DNA from: Mobula hypostoma
Taxonomy: Eukaryota
Direction: 5' to 3'
DNA length: 64,000 nt
Assembly (NCBI RefSeq): GCF_963921235.1
Contig: NC_086106.1
Location: 53,010,001 to 53,074,000 of the forward strand
The translations under genes and the position numbers were made by a program. The first letter of the stretch is position 1, and each line of letters begins with the position of its first letter. Under the pieces are notes generated by a model. It was not told the origin of the DNA. It made no database searches and saw only the letters and a program-made list of their open reading frames with translations. Positions 23,601 through 37,752 of the stretch are shown here, piece after piece.

Positions 23601-25344
23601 TATGAATCCTTTGGAAAAATCAAGCAGCAGATTTCTACTAATAGTTAATTACTGACATAGGGAAGAGATGTCATGGGGTCATGACAAAGTGTCAGGTAAT
23701 TTCTTGTAAACCCCTGGCTCAGCTTTCTTTCCTGACTATAAATGCTAAAGGCTGTGACTTTCCTTGGACTTAGTATGAACAGTGTATAATGAGTGGGAGC
23801 CAGTTTCCATGATGCTGGGTTATTTTGTTTCCAATTTGTGGTTTGATTGCATCAAACTAAATTCATAATTCATTTGAACAATTTGTTTTTTAATAATTGA
23901 TGTTTTTTATGTATAAATTTCTAAAGTAAGATTTCCTTCTTTAGAAATCTATGCAATAATGTATTGATCTAGATACGTTGGTAAGTAGATTGCAATACGG
24001 GCTTTCTTCCTTCGAAATTTTGGGAATTATAGAAATTTTTTATTGATGAATTATTAACTGACAAAAAGAATGGTTTGGCATTCATTTCACTAATAATGAT
24101 TAGATGTGCAAAGCAGAAGTTGGGAGATAGAAAAATATCATATGGTCCATATTTTTCTCTTTCTTACCAGGTGTCGCAACAAGGTTTCTACATACAATTT
24201 AGTCAATGCAACGAGAGCGCTTTTATTTGGGTTCTTTCCTTCCATAAATACAATGAAAGCACATCTTTCTAGGAGAAGAACATTGAGTATAGATCCTCGG
24301 ATATCAACCCATCAAGTATTGCTCATTCAAACCAAGTTGATGGGAGTGTGTTATGTATGATTTGCCTGTGACTTGTGCTGAGGGCTATTTATGACTGCAG
24401 TGTACCAGGAAACAAAGCATGGGATTGAATTTTGAGGGTCAGGTAGAAGTCTCAGATGTTACAAGAATGCACTGATACATTGCTAAGTCAGAGCTGGAAA
24501 CAGAGTTAAAATATTAAATTGGTGCAATAAGAAAAGTACGGGGATCACTGGGAACTAATCAGAATTGGCATGCTTGAGGACGCTGAATGACTTTAGTATC
24601 TATTTTTATTAAATAGTCCAATATCTTATGCATTCAGTTATATCTACCACTGTTGTACAGATAATACATGTCATGAACTGCAATGGCAATTTGCTGATGA
24701 TAATTGACTGTACCTTTTAGACATCCACATAATGTTCTTTTGCAGTTCTATTATCTACAAGTTGTCAAACCGAAATAGGGTTATTTTTTAATGCTCCAAA
24801 TGATTTATTGCTGTCAGTTCTTACACTCAACATTTAGAGATCCTTGTGGCCTGATTGTGGAGCGAGTAATAGTATAAGTATGAAGCATGAAGGGTCAGAA
24901 TACAATTCCTTGTTGGATTGATTGATTGTGCTACAGATTGTCAATCTTTCTTTCATGCATAATGCCTTTCTTCTACATGTGCTGAATTATAAACTGGAAA
25001 GCTTAATTTAGGGATAACTCCTTTCTGGTATTTATTTGTAGAATACTTCATGGGAACATATTAAGATGATGTCGCTTTTATTTTCAAATCTGCCAACCCA
25101 GCTGATGTTGGATTTGTGTGGAATACAAAACGTGATATATTTTGGTAATCTGACTCATGAATAATCATTAATTTGTCTTGAGTATACATGCAGAATGGAG
25201 AAGGCTCATTGATTCTTGTGTTTGTAGAAAAAAATGATGTTTTTCCCCTGGATTCAAATAATATTTTCAAACAAAGCAGTACTGCTTATCTGTAGAATCT
25301 TGTAATCAAATCTTAGTTTAATATTTTTAAAACCCCATTTTGGC

Positions 25345-26675
25345 AGCTCATAATAACGTGGGCTGCCTTAATGACTATCGCTCGGTAGCACTGGCATCGA
25401 CAGTGATGAAATGCTTCGAGAGGTTGGTCATGACTAGACTGAACTCCCGCCTCAGCAAGGACCTGGACCCATCGCAATTTGTCTATCGTCACAATAGGTC
25501 AACGGCAGATGCAATCTCAATGGTTCTCCACACAGCTTTAGACCACCTGGACAACACAAACACCTATGTCAGGATGCTGTTCATCGACTCTCGCTCAGCA
25601 TTTAATAACATCATTTCCACAATCCTGATTGAGAAGTTGCAGAACCTGTGCCTCTGTACCTCCCTGTGCAATTGGACTTGACTTCCTAACTGGAAGACCA
25701 CAGTCTGTGCGGATGGTTATAACATATCCTTCTCGCTGACGATCAACACTGGTGCACCTCAGGGGTGTGTGCTTAGCCCACTGCTCTACTCTCTATATAC
25801 ACATGACTGTGTGACTAGGCATAGCTCAAATACTATCTATAAATTTGCCAACAATACAACCATTGTTGGTAGGATCTCAGGTGGTGACAAGAGGGTGTAC
25901 AGGAGTGAGATATGCCAACTAGTGGAATGGTGCCACAGCAACAACCTGGCACTCAACATCAGTAAGACGAAAGAGCTGATTGTGGACTTCTGGAATGGTA
26001 AGATGAACACATACCAATCCTCATAGAGGGATCAGAAGTGAAGAGAGTGAGATGTTTCAAGTTCCTGGGTATCAAGATCTCTGAGGATCTAACTTGGTCC
26101 CAGCATATCAATTTTGTTGTAAAGAGGGCAAGACAGCGGCTGTACTTTATTAGGTATAAGAAGAGATTTGACATGTCAACAAATACACTTAATAACCTCT
26201 ATAGTTGTACTGTGGAGAGCACTCTAACAGGCTGCATCACTGTCTGGTGTGTGGGGGGGGTGCTGGTGCACAGGACCGTAAGAAGCTGCGGAAGGTTGTA
26301 AATCTAGTCGGAAAGACAGCATCCATTACTAAGGACCTCCAGCACCCAGGGCATGCCCTTTTCTCACTGTTACCATCAGGTAGAAGGTACAGAAGCCTGA
26401 AGGCACACACTCAGCGATTCTTCCCCTCTGCCATCCGATTCCTAAATGGATCTTGAATCTTTGGACACTACCTCACTTGTCTTTTTTATATACAGTATTT
26501 CTGTATTTGCACGTTTTTAAAATCTGTTCAATTATACATAATTGATTTACTTGTTTATTTATTATTATTTTTTTCTCTGTTAGTTTATGTATTCCATTGA
26601 ACTGCTGCTGCTAAGTTAACAAATTTCAGTTTACATGCTGTGATAATAAACCTGATTCTGATTGTGATTCTGATT
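25345..26675 (+). mobile_element. Rex1/Babar LINE, 5'-truncated
   Basis: [45 protein letters not shown]; AATAAA then (CTGATT)n tail at 26646-26675. Confidence 0.92.
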
Positions 26676-26961
26676 TAAAAACGTAAAACCAAGAGTTGAT
26701 GACAAGATTTTACAAATATGCAGTGCTGCTTTGTTTGCATTAATTATTTGTAGAATTTTGTGCATTGTGACATAAATCTTCTGTAATGAATTAATTTTGC
26801 CATTAAGAATATCATGTCGTCTTGAAATGATTGGATAAATTAATATTCTATGCTGAAGGAACAATTCTGTTAAATCAGTCAATTCATTGTTCTAATAGCA
26901 CCTTAGTAGATGTAACAAGCCAGGACATGCTTTAGAGAAGCAGATCAAATATTCATTGGCA

Positions 26962-27874
26962 CAGGTTGAGCACCTCTTATCTGAAATTCTAAAATCCGAA
27001 AACCTCCGAATTCCGAAATTTTTTTTAGCACTGCCATGACCTCACAAATGGAATTTTCCACAAAGCATTGCAAGGGTTCCCGGGCGATACACAGGCCACT
27101 GCACACCACGGGCTGTTCTGAGAAGAGGCTTCACTTATGTAATGAGCAGAAGCTAATGAAAAATAGAAAAATACTTATAAACTGAAAAATGAGGAACTCG
27201 ATTGTGCATTGAAAGAGCGAATTGTCAGTGTCAGTGTGAACATATGCCGCTGAATTCGATGGGCCAAATGGTCTAATTCTGCTCCTATGTCTTATGGTCT
27301 TAACAATATGCAAGAAACAAGCAACAATCTATCATGACAAACTGAAAATTAAAGCAAATCAGCAGGCTGGTAGTAGAAATTTAAGAAAAGGCATGACATT
27401 AAATTTTTAAAGCTTTGTAGTGATAAAAGGTCTACTGATCACAGAGCAGCAGAGAAACTTATCGAGTTTTCCAAGATCATCGCTGTTGAAAATCTCACAT
27501 GCTGAATGGCTTCATCAGTACATATGTGTGATGAGCAAGTGTAAGACAAAGACTGCTTACCGGTAGCACATAATCCAGGGCTGGAAATATTGGCGATACC
27601 AAGCAGTTACTTGACTGTTCACCTGGGTGGCCAAGGTAGTGGTAGCTTACTTTTCTGATGGTTCAAAATCATTAAATTTACAAAATTTACAAATGTACAA
27701 AAGCATTAAAAATTCTATATAACACTACCTTCATGGTATATGTCTAAGCTGTATATGTAATGTAAATTTCATGTCCAAGCCATCTTATTATATATGTGCA
27801 AATATTCCAAAACAAAAAAAAATCTGAAGTCCAAAACACCTTCGGTGCCAAGCGTCTTGAATAAGGGGTGCTCA
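26962..27874 (+). mobile_element. Tigger/pogo DNA transposon (Tigger4/Zombi-like), internally deleted
   Basis: Left TIR caggttgagcacctcttatc with subterminal aaatccgaa repeats; right ataaggggtgctca; CENP-B/Jerky-type remnant QKLMKNRK..KNEELD..EHMPLN..KFKKRHDIKFLKLC.DK.STDH.AAEK..FSKIIAVENLT; ~46-bp CR1 tail inserted at 27256-27302. Confidence 0.82.
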
Positions 27875-29496
27875 CAGAGGTGATCTGAATGATAGTTGAA
27901 GTCTAAACTGGAAAGAAATCAGGCTGCCTTTCATTGCTGTTCACATTACTGGAAATCCCACTGAGTATGTGCTGCTTGGAAACAAGGCTAATTATATGTA
28001 AAGTCCTCCAGTCAAATAGCCAACTCACCCTACAACAATTAACACTTGAGCAGAATCAAAAGATCAAAAAATAGAGTAAACCATCTGTTTCCCAAAACAT
28101 ACTGTCTTCTTAGTTGTAAAGAACTCCTCTCTGAGAATACATTATCTACTCTATTTATCCTTTGCAAGAAATACCTACAAGATTACAACACAATCCTTTC
28201 ATATGCTTACTGCACAGAAGCACTTCCATTTTGAACTGAAACCTTATGAGGCAACGAGTTTGCAAAATTGTAATTTTATTGCAACGGTGTATTCCTTAAT
28301 GTTATAGATCATAGCACAAAATACATTTGCTCTTAAGTTTTTATGTTTGTACTTTATTTTTGTGGCCTACATTTTGCTGTGCCATACATGCAAGGGAACG
28401 TGGGTCAATTCTCAGTTAACCATTATTATCCATGGGGAGTGAGCCATTTATGCTTTGTGACAGAGCTTCCATCATCTTTATGTATTTTTCATGTATATTT
28501 ATTATTGTCTTTGTTATTAATACTGCAGTGGCTCTGTTGGGTTAATGTTGAATCCCACTGGGCATGGAAAAAAGGAAAGAAGTGTAAAGAAAAGGCAACC
28601 TGGATACTGGATTACAAGCCAGTAACAACAAACGTAAGGTTGCAATTGAAATAAAACAATAAGAGTAATCTACACAGAATTTGGAACACGAAGGTAGAGA
28701 AGAAAATAGACAATGGATGCGCAAACAATAAACATTACTGAAAATGGCATTCAATCTGGGGAATTGCACAGTCAACTATGTTTCTTTGAGAAATCTGTAT
28801 ACTTTGTCAGATTAAGAGCTGTGGAGGAATTGTATGTTTGTATATCCAAGCTACTGAAAGTGATAGTCATTGGGTGTAAAATAGAACCAGAAGAGTGAAT
28901 GCAATATTGATCTATTTTTAACTCCAGACATGTACTTTGGGCATTTGACAATAAACTTGACTGCTGACCCATGTAGAGTGCAGGTGTTTCAAATGCAGGA
29001 AGTGGTGACTAATTTGGAGAGTTCAGCTGGACGGGTGGAGCATAGGGAATAATACCATGAGGTTGAATTGCTTGGACCACTTGCAAAACATACATTATAT
29101 TCTTTTCTGTTAGACAGTTGGTGTGGTGATGTAGTGAAGGTTTAGAAATGATCCATGGTAAGAATGAACGGAATCTATTTTCTGTGTTGGAACTTCTTAA
29201 ACAAAAGTAGATCAACTTAAAAATATATCTAATGCATTTGTAACTGGAATCAGTAAGTCCAACATACAGTGTTGTAAAACTCCAGAGTCATGCTCTTCCA
29301 CATGACTCTGGCTGCTCAGTCATTTGGCTCTTCTAAGATCAAGATGGATAGAGTTTGTTCTGCAAGAATATGATGAAATCTATATCAAAAGCAGACAAGT
29401 AGAGCTGAGAAACCCATATCAGCTGTCTACTGTTCGAAAGGGGCAGGAGAAGACCCAGAGAGCAGGATGGTCAATATTTGTTCATTTTTTCTGACA

Positions 29497-30410
29497 CATG
29501 CCTGCACTGCTAGATCCATTTCAAACTGAATAATCAGATATGCTGATGACACAACAGTAGCTGGACTCGTCAACAACGATGATGAGACAACGTACAGAGA
29601 GGAGATAGAGCAGCTGGTAGATTGGTGTGAGCACAACAACGCGAGTCTCAACGTGGACAAGACCAAAGAGATGATTGTGGATTTTAGGAAGGTGCACTCC
29701 TCACTGCACATAAAAGGCTCCTCTGTGGAGAGAATTAGGAGCACTATTACCTGTTGCTGCAGTACCACCTCTTCAGTCAAGAAAGCACAACCGCGTCTCC
29801 ACTTCATGAGGATATTGAAGCGAGCAAGACTCTCCTCCCTCCCCCCCTCCCCCCTCACATGCCCCATTCTAACCAGTTTTTACAGGATCACCATTGAGAG
29901 TGCTGTAACTACCTGCATCACCGTCTGGTACGGGAACTGCAAAGCATCTGACCGCAACTTCTTAAAAAGAATTATGAGAGGATCATAGGGATCTCCCTCC
30001 ACCCATCAGAGATATTTATCAGGAACTCTGTGCACAACAGGCTGTTAGAATTAAACTTAAGCTCCCAACAATCCAGCAATCCTATTCATCCAAGAATCTC
30101 TCTGACCACTTACCATCAGGCAGGAGGTACCGTAGCGTTAACTCAAGGATTGTTAGGATGGGAAACAGTTTCTTCCCCCAGACCATAAGATTATTGAATT
30201 CCCTGCCACCATGCAGGTCTCAACATGTATGAAGTGCCAGTAGCATTATACCGTTCTCTTTTTAACTCGGCTTGTGAATGCATCTTATTATTTGTTGATT
30301 TATTTGTGGTAATGTTACTTTATGTGTAGTGCACCTTGTTCTGGAAGAACGTTGTTTCATTTTACTGTATACATGTGTATGGTTGAATGACAATAAATCT
30401 GAATTTGAAC
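29497..30410 (+). mobile_element. Rex1/Babar LINE 3' fragment
   Basis: [44 protein letters not shown]; caataaatctgaatttgaac tail. Confidence 0.85.
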
Positions 30411-30413
30411 TAC

Positions 30414-30557
30414 AGAACTGTCTGTGGTGCACAGAGACCTGTGCATCCCCTGAGAACCTTCCCAGTGCCTTGTGGAATTTTCCATTTGTGATGTCATATC
30501 AGCGCTCAAACTTTGGGATTTTGGATCTTGACTTTTCAGATGAGGGGTACTCAACCT
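30414..30557 (-). mobile_element. Tigger4-like left-end fragment
   Basis: Reverse complement of ~26962-27120; ends aggggtactcaaccta followed by TA. Confidence 0.75.
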
Positions 30558-31069
30558 ATAATAGCAAATAGACATACTTGGTTAACTGTATCTGGATAGC
30601 TCTAAAGCAAAGGAACTTCCACTGAATTTTTTAAAATGTATTGATTTTGGTAAAGGTAATTTCTAACTTCATGAGATGTTGTATTCTTTAAAAATGGCAC
30701 TGCTTATGATTGATGTTGACTTAATATATTCTGTCTCCCTGGATAGACTAACAAATATTGCCCTTTAAAAATATATTCTTGTAGAAATGCAAGACAATAA
30801 TTGATTGCTTCATTAGGTTGCAGACTCTCATTGCCTGACAAAAATGAGATGTGAAGAATATAATTAAAAAAAACAGTTATGAGAGGACAGCCACCCAGTT
30901 GTATGAACACTGCTGTGCCCATGTGAACTTTGTCAACACAATATTTTGCCATTCCAATAGGATCACATTCTCTTATGCTGATGACAGTGGGTTGTATTAT
31001 CAATTTTTCTTCTAGGTTATGATGTTTGAGTATGCTATACTGATTACCAATGTCAAAAAAAACATGGGG

Positions 31070-33620
31070 CACTACCGTACAGTGCAGGCTCTTCAGCTCA
31101 TGATGTTGTGCTGACTTTTTAACCTACTCTAAGATTAATCTAACCCTTTCTTTTACAAGATAGCCTTCCATTTTCTTTTCATCCACGTGCCTATCTAAGT
31201 GTCTCTTAAGTGTTCCTAATATATCTGCCCCCACCACCATGCCTGGCGGCTCGTTCCACACACCCACGATTCACTGTGCATAATAAAACTTACCCGTATT
31301 TTCCCCCTATACTTCCTTTTATTCATCTTAAAATCATCCCACCTCGTATTAGCCATTTCTGCCCTAGAAAAATGTCTCTGGCTGTCCAATCTTTGCCTTT
31401 TAGCATCTTATATACCTCTATCAAGTCACCTCTCCTCTTCCTTCATTTCAAGGAGGAAAAACCCGAGCTTGTTCAATCTATCCTCATAAGAAATGCTCTC
31501 TAATCCAGGCAGCATCGTGACAAATCTCCTCTGCAGGCTCCCTAAAGCTTTCACATCCTTTTATAACAACCAGAACTGAACACAATGCTCCAAGTTGTGG
31601 TCTAACCAGTGTTTTAAGAAACTGCAACATTACCTTCTAGCTGTTGAACCCAGTATCCTAACTAATGCAGATCAACACACCATATTCCTTCTTAATCACT
31701 CTATCAACTTACTTGGCAACTTTGTTCTATGGGCATGGACTCCAAATTCCTCTATGCTGCTAAGAATCCTGTCATTAATCCTGTACTCTGCCTTCAACTC
31801 TGACTTTGTTCTCAAAGTGCATTACTTCATACATTTCCAGATTGAACTTCCCAGCTCTGCATTCTATCAATGTTCCACAGTAACATGCAACAATGTTCTA
31901 TACTATCTGCAGCACTACCAACCTTTGTGTCACCTGCAAACTTACTAACACACCTTTCCACTAAGAAAGATCAGCGGTCTCAAAACAGATCCCTGCAGAA
32001 CACTGTTGGTCACTGCTCTCCTGACAGTGTACGCTCCATCTGCTATTACCCTCTGCCTTCTGTGGGCAAGCCAATTCAGGTTTCCCGAGATTCCATTGTT
32101 CCCGACTTTCTGAATGTGCCTACCATGGGGAACCATTGTCATAAACCTTAATAAAGTCCATATACGCTACATCCATTGTTGTTTTGTCGCTTCCTCAAAT
32201 AATTCAGTAAGGTTCCTGAGGCACAACCTGGCCCTCAGAAAGCCATAATGATTCTTTCTAATGAGATTGTTTTTCCAAATGCTGTAAATCAGTCTCTAAG
32301 AATCCTCTTCAATAATCCCACCACTGAGCTAAGACTTGCTGATCTGTCATTCTCAGGGTTATCCCTATTACATCCCTGAACAAGGAATAATATTCGCCAG
32401 CCTCAAATCTTCTGGTGGTACTGCTGTGGCCAGTAAGTATGCTGAGATTATTGCAGCAATCTCTTCTCTTGCTTCGCATAGTAACCTTGGGTAAATCCAT
32501 TCCAGCCTCAGGAACTGATCTATCTTAATGATTTCAAAAGTTCCAGCATATCCTCTTTCTTAACATTAACATATTACATATCAGCTTGTTTCATGCTGTC
32601 CTCACATTCATCAAGGTCTCTCTCACGAGTGAACAACAAAATCAATCTATTTGTTAAGGAGATCACTTACCACCTCTAACATCAGGCACGTGTTTCCTCT
32701 TTTATCCCTGATCAGTCTTACCCTCACCCTCATTATCCTCCTGTTCTTCACGTACATGTAGAACGCCTTGGGGTTTTTGTTAATCCTACTTGCCAAGTCC
32801 TTCACATGCCCTCTTCGAGTTCTCCTAAGCCCATTGCTAAGTTTCTTCCTGGCTGCCTTGTAACTCCCTAGAACCCCATCTGATCCTTGCTTCCTAAACC
32901 TTTAATCTGCTTCATTTTCTTCTTGATTAATGCTTCAGATTTCTTGTCAACTATGGTTTCTCCACCCTATCATCCTTTCCCTGCCCCAGTGCAATGAACC
33001 ACTCCAGAACTCCATGCAAATGATCCCTGAACAATCTCCACATTTCCACCCTGCATTTCTCTGAGTACATCTGTCCCAATTTATGCTTACCTATTCCTGC
33101 CTGACAGCATCGTAATTCACCCTCCCAGAATTAAGTACTTCTCCATACTGTCTGCTTCCATCCCTGTCTGAGACTATGATAAAGGTCAGGGAGTTGTGGT
33201 CACTGTCAACGAACACTAACTCACTGAGAGTTCTGTCACCTGACCAGGTTCATTGCCTCAAACAGTTGCAGTATGATCTCTCCTCTAATCAGTCTCTACA
33301 TATTGTGTCAAGAACCCTTAAGCACATTCTGCTTAGTACTTAACACAAATCTTTTGTATTAAAGAAGAGCCAATCAATTTTAAGAAAGTTCCCATGACAA
33401 CTACCCTGTTATTTTTGCAGCTTTCCAAAATCTCCTTCCTGATCTGCTCCTCAGTGTCTCTGTTGCTGTTTTGGGGGAAGTGGGGGGTGGGGGTTGTATA
33501 GAATACACCCTATAGACTGATTGCTTCCTGTTTCTACTTTCACGTACATTGACTCAGTAGACAAACCCTCCATGACATCCTCCCTTTATATAGTTGTGAT
33601 ACTATCTCAGATTAGCAATG
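31070..33620 (-). mobile_element. CR1 LINE, decayed with internal deletions (5' part resumes 37147-37560)
   Basis: Reverse CR1 tail at ~31075; VPHGRHIQKV..NWLAHRRQRVIADG..VLQGSVLRPL; endonuclease-region remnants to ~33615. Confidence 0.82.
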
Positions 33621-33621
33621 T

Positions 33622-36600
33622 TGATCAGAATCAAGTTAATTATCGCCAGCATGTGATGTGAGATTTGTTAACTTAGCAGCAGCAGTTCAACACAATACAT
33701 AATCTAGCAGAGAAAAATAAAATAAAAATAATAATAAATAAACAAACAAGTAAATCAATTGCCTATGTTGAGTAGATTAAAAATATGTGCAAAGACAGAA
33801 ATACTGTATATTTTTTTAAAATGTGAGTTGGTCCAAAGATTCAATGTTCATTTAGGAATCAGATGGCAGAGGGAAGAAGCTGTTCCTGAATCACTGAATG
33901 TGTCCCTTCAGGCTTCTGTACCTCCTACCTCAGTGGTCGCCAACCCGTCGGTCGCGATCAGCCGCTCAATCTTTGAGACTTTCCCAGTAGATCCTGAAAA
34001 AAATCAAAAATAAATTCACAAATACTGTTGTAATGTGAGCATTATAAAAATAAGTAATACTAATTAGGATAATGGTAATATAGCAATACTTCTGCTACTG
34101 AAAGCTGTTTGTAAAGAGAGATTGTTTCCGGGTTGCAGGTTTTATTTCCGTTCCTTCTGCCCAGTGCACATGTGTATAGCTCCCCCGCCATGCACCGCGT
34201 TTTCAGCGTAGATTGTGCTGCATCAAAGTGACCAATTAGATTAGATAAGAGTACAGACTGTCACAAACATCGGTATACAGCACTCGCTGGTGATATCCTG
34301 ATAGCTTGGCAGAGGCTCCACAAAAGAAAGTGAAAACATACAAATTCCATCCAGAATGGGAAGAGGAATTTCTATTTACCTTGGTGAAAGACAAGTGTGT
34401 ATGTATATTCTGCCACCAAACACAAGCACTGACTAAAAGAGGGAATCTGGAGCGGCATCACAACACCAACCACCAGAAATTTAAAGACACTTACCCCCCA
34501 AATAGGAAAATGCCTAGAAATTTGAGGAACTGAAATCGGGGTTGAAGGCCCAGCGATCGTTTTTCACAAAACATGCTGCTCAAAATAAGGCTGCTATTGA
34601 AGCATCATTTCGTGTAAGTCACCTTTTAGCTAAACACAAAGAAGCCTTTTACAGATGGCGATTTATTCAAGGAAGCAATGGCCATTACCGCGAGACTGTT
34701 TTTAATGACTTTAAAAACAAAAATGACATCACAACCGCAATACATAGTATACCGCTTGGCCCTGCAACAGTGACAAGGAGGGTGGAGTCACTGTCAGAGG
34801 ACAAGGATTGACAAGTATGAAAGGACTTGTCACTCTGTGAATATTTTTCACTACAGTTCAATGAATCCCTGGATGTAATGCAAACAGCTCAGTTTGTTGT
34901 ATTTGTCAGAATGGCTTTCCAGGATTTTACAACAATGGAGGACTTCCTCACTCTTTTGCAATTAAAGGAGAGAATGAGAAGTGAGGATACTTCCAATGAG
35001 TTTAAAAAATATGTCTGTGAAAATGACATCCCCATTCATAAACTGGTGGCAATTACTACTGATGGGGCCCCAGCAATGCGCGGTGTGCGCGTTGGTTTTA
35101 TAGCACTAAAAGTCAGTGCCTACTTCGGGTCAACTTATCTATGTGAAATTGCATTTTCACAGATGAAAATTATTAAATCTAAGTACAGGAGCTGACTTAC
35201 TGACAGATACCTCACAGACTGTCTCAGACTGGCTGTCTGTAGTTATGAGCCAAATTTCAGGGAACTAGCAGAAAGTAGTCAGCCCCAGTCATCACACTGA
35301 GTGCAACGGTCAATTTGTATTCATTTATTTTTCGTGTTGAAATAAAATTAAATAATAAAACTTAGAATTAAAGGTGTGAAGTATTGTAATATTCTTAAAG
35401 AAAGACAGCTATGGGCTGCTTGATATGCTAGTTACAAAGTTTTCTTGTTCAAATTAATTTGAAGGTTTAACAAACGTATTTTGTGTAATTCAGATGCAAT
35501 TAGCCCAAATAAAAGACCTCAAATTAGAAGTACAATCTGAGCTGTTTTTTCTCTGAACGATTTAGTAGGTAGATCTTGCCTTTCACTAAGGCTGAGGTAG
35601 GGGATCTTGGGCTTAAAAAGGTTGGTGACCACTATCCTACCTGATGGTAACAGTGAGAAAAGGGCATGCCCTGGGTGCTGGAGGTCCTTAATAATGGATG
35701 GTGCCTTTCTGAGACACCGTTCCTCAAAGATGTCTTGGGCACTTTCTTGGCTAGTGCCCAAAATGGAGCTGACTAGATTTACAACCTTCTGCAGCTTCTT
35801 TCGGTCCTGTGCAGTAGCCCCCACCCCCCCCATACCAGACAGTGATGCAGCCTGTCAAAATGCTCTCCACGGTACAACTATAGAACTTTTTGAGTATTTG
35901 TTGACATGCCAAATCTCTTCTTATACCTAATAAAGTATAGCTGCTGTCCTGCCCTCTTTACAACAACGTTGATATGTTGGGATCAGGTTAGATCCTCAGA
36001 AATCTTGACACCCAAGAACTTGAAGCTGCTCACTCTCTTCACTTCTGATCCCTCTATGAGGATTGGTATGTGTTATTTCTTCTTACCCTTCCTGAAGTCC
36101 ACAATCAGCTCTTCCGTCTTACTGACTTTGAGTGCCGGGTTGTTGCTGTGACACCATTCCACTAGTTGGCATATCTCTTTCCTGTACGCCATCTCATCAC
36201 CACCTGAGATTCTACCAACAATGGTTGTATGGTCAGCAAATTTATAGATGGTATTTGAGCTATGCCTAGCCACACAGTCATGTGTATACAGACAGTAGAG
36301 CAGTGGGCTAAGCACGCATCCCTGAGGTGCAACAGTGTTGATCATCAGCGAGGAGGATATGTTACCACCAATCTGCACACATTGTGGTCTTCTGGTTAGG
36401 AAGTTGAGGATCCAATTGCAGAGGGAGCTACAGAGGCCCAAGTTCTGCAACTTCTCGATCAGGATTGTGGGAATGATGGTATTAAATGCTGAGCTATAGT
36501 TGATGAACAGCATCTCGATGCAGGTGATGTGTTGTCCAGGTGGTCTACAGCCGTGTGGAGAGCCATTGAGATTGCGTCTGCCATTGACCTATTGTGGTGA

Positions 36601-37146
36601 AAGGCAAATTGCAATGGGTCCAGGTCCTTGCTGAGGCAGGAATTCAGTCTAGTCATGACCAACCTCTCAAAGCATTTTGTCACTGTTGATGTGAGTGCTA
36701 TTGGGAGATAGTCATTAAGGTAGCCCGCGTTATTCTTCTTAGGCACTGGTATAATTGTTGCTATTTTGAAGTAAGTGGAAACTTCTGCCCGTAGCAGTGA
36801 GAGGTTGAAAATGTCCTTGAATATTCCGGCTAGTTGGTCGGCACAGGTTTTCAGAGCTTTACCAGGTACTCCATCGGGACCTTCCGCCTTGCGAGGGTTC
36901 ACTCTCTTTAAAGACAGCCTAACATCGGCCTCTGAGTTTGAGATCACAGGGTCATCAGGTGCAGCAGGGATCTTCACAGCTGTAGTTGTGTTCTCCCTTT
37001 CAAAGTGTGCATAGAAGGCATTGAGTTCATCTGATAGTGAAGCATCGCTGCCATTCAAGCTATTGGGTTTCGCTTTGTAGGAAGTAATGTCTTGCAGACC
37101 CTGCCAGAGTTGCCGTGCATCCGATGTCACCTCCAACCTCATTTGA
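33622..37146 (-). mobile_element. Rex1/Babar LINE inserted in CR1 and interrupted by a hAT element
   Basis: (CTGATT) tail at ~33623; [38 protein letters not shown]; same subfamily as 25345-26675. Confidence 0.92.
33931..35634 (+). mobile_element. hAT DNA transposon (GTF2IRD2/EPM2AIP1-like transposase), internally deleted
   Basis: TIRs cagtggtcgccaacc / ggttggtgaccacta; exact 8-bp TSD tcctacct (33923-33930, 35635-35642); FHPEWEEEF..CVCIFC..LERHHNTNH, FSLQFNES, ITTDGAPAM, FGSTYLCEIAFSQMKIIKSKYRS. Confidence 0.95.
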
Positions 37147-37560
37147 AATGCCTCCCCTACCTCTTTTACCTTCCTCCCCTTTGAACCATCTAAATCCTGG
37201 AACATCAGCTGCCATCCCTGCCCTTGTTTCAGTAATGCCACAATGTCTACGTTCAATGTACTGATCCATGTTCTAAGTTCTTCACTCTTGTTTCTGATAT
37301 TTCTCACATTAAAATAGTCACATTTTAATCCATCAAACTGACTGTAATTATGCCCTTTCCTCTGCCTACTCTTCCTCACGGCTTCTCGACTGCTGCATCT
37401 ATGTTTACACCAGCTGCTCCATCTTCTGACCTACTACTCTAGTTCGTATTCCCCTGCCAATCTAGTTGAAAGCCTTCCCAACAGCTTGAGTAAATACGCA
37501 CACAAGGATTTTGGCCCATCTCGAGTTCAGGTGTAATCCATCCCCCTTTTGTACCTTCCA
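37147..37560 (-). mobile_element. CR1 ORF2 endonuclease N-terminus and upstream fragment
   Basis: LKCDYFNVRNIRNKSEELRTWIST..DIVA; collinear with the CR1 ending at ~33620. Confidence 0.8.
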
Positions 37561-37752
37561 TCCTCCAACAGCATCCAAAGGCCATATATTTCCTGCTCTT
37601 TCCTCTCTCCCTTTCCCTTTTCCCAACCATGATTCCTTTCTCCCTGCCCTCTTCCCATTCTCAGTCCACATTAGAGACTCATATCAGAATCAGTTTTATC
37701 ATGAAATTTGTTTTTTTTTGCCGTAGCAGTACAGTGCAATGCATAAAATTAT

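Noticed and set aside
24170-24360. Strong plus-strand acceptor (ttttctctttcttaccag) suggesting an exon
   Set aside because: No convincing donor and no recognisable peptide.
34306-35300. Host GTF2IRD2/EPM2AIP1/ZBED-type gene
   Set aside because: Frameshifted, internally deleted, bounded by TIRs and an 8-bp TSD.
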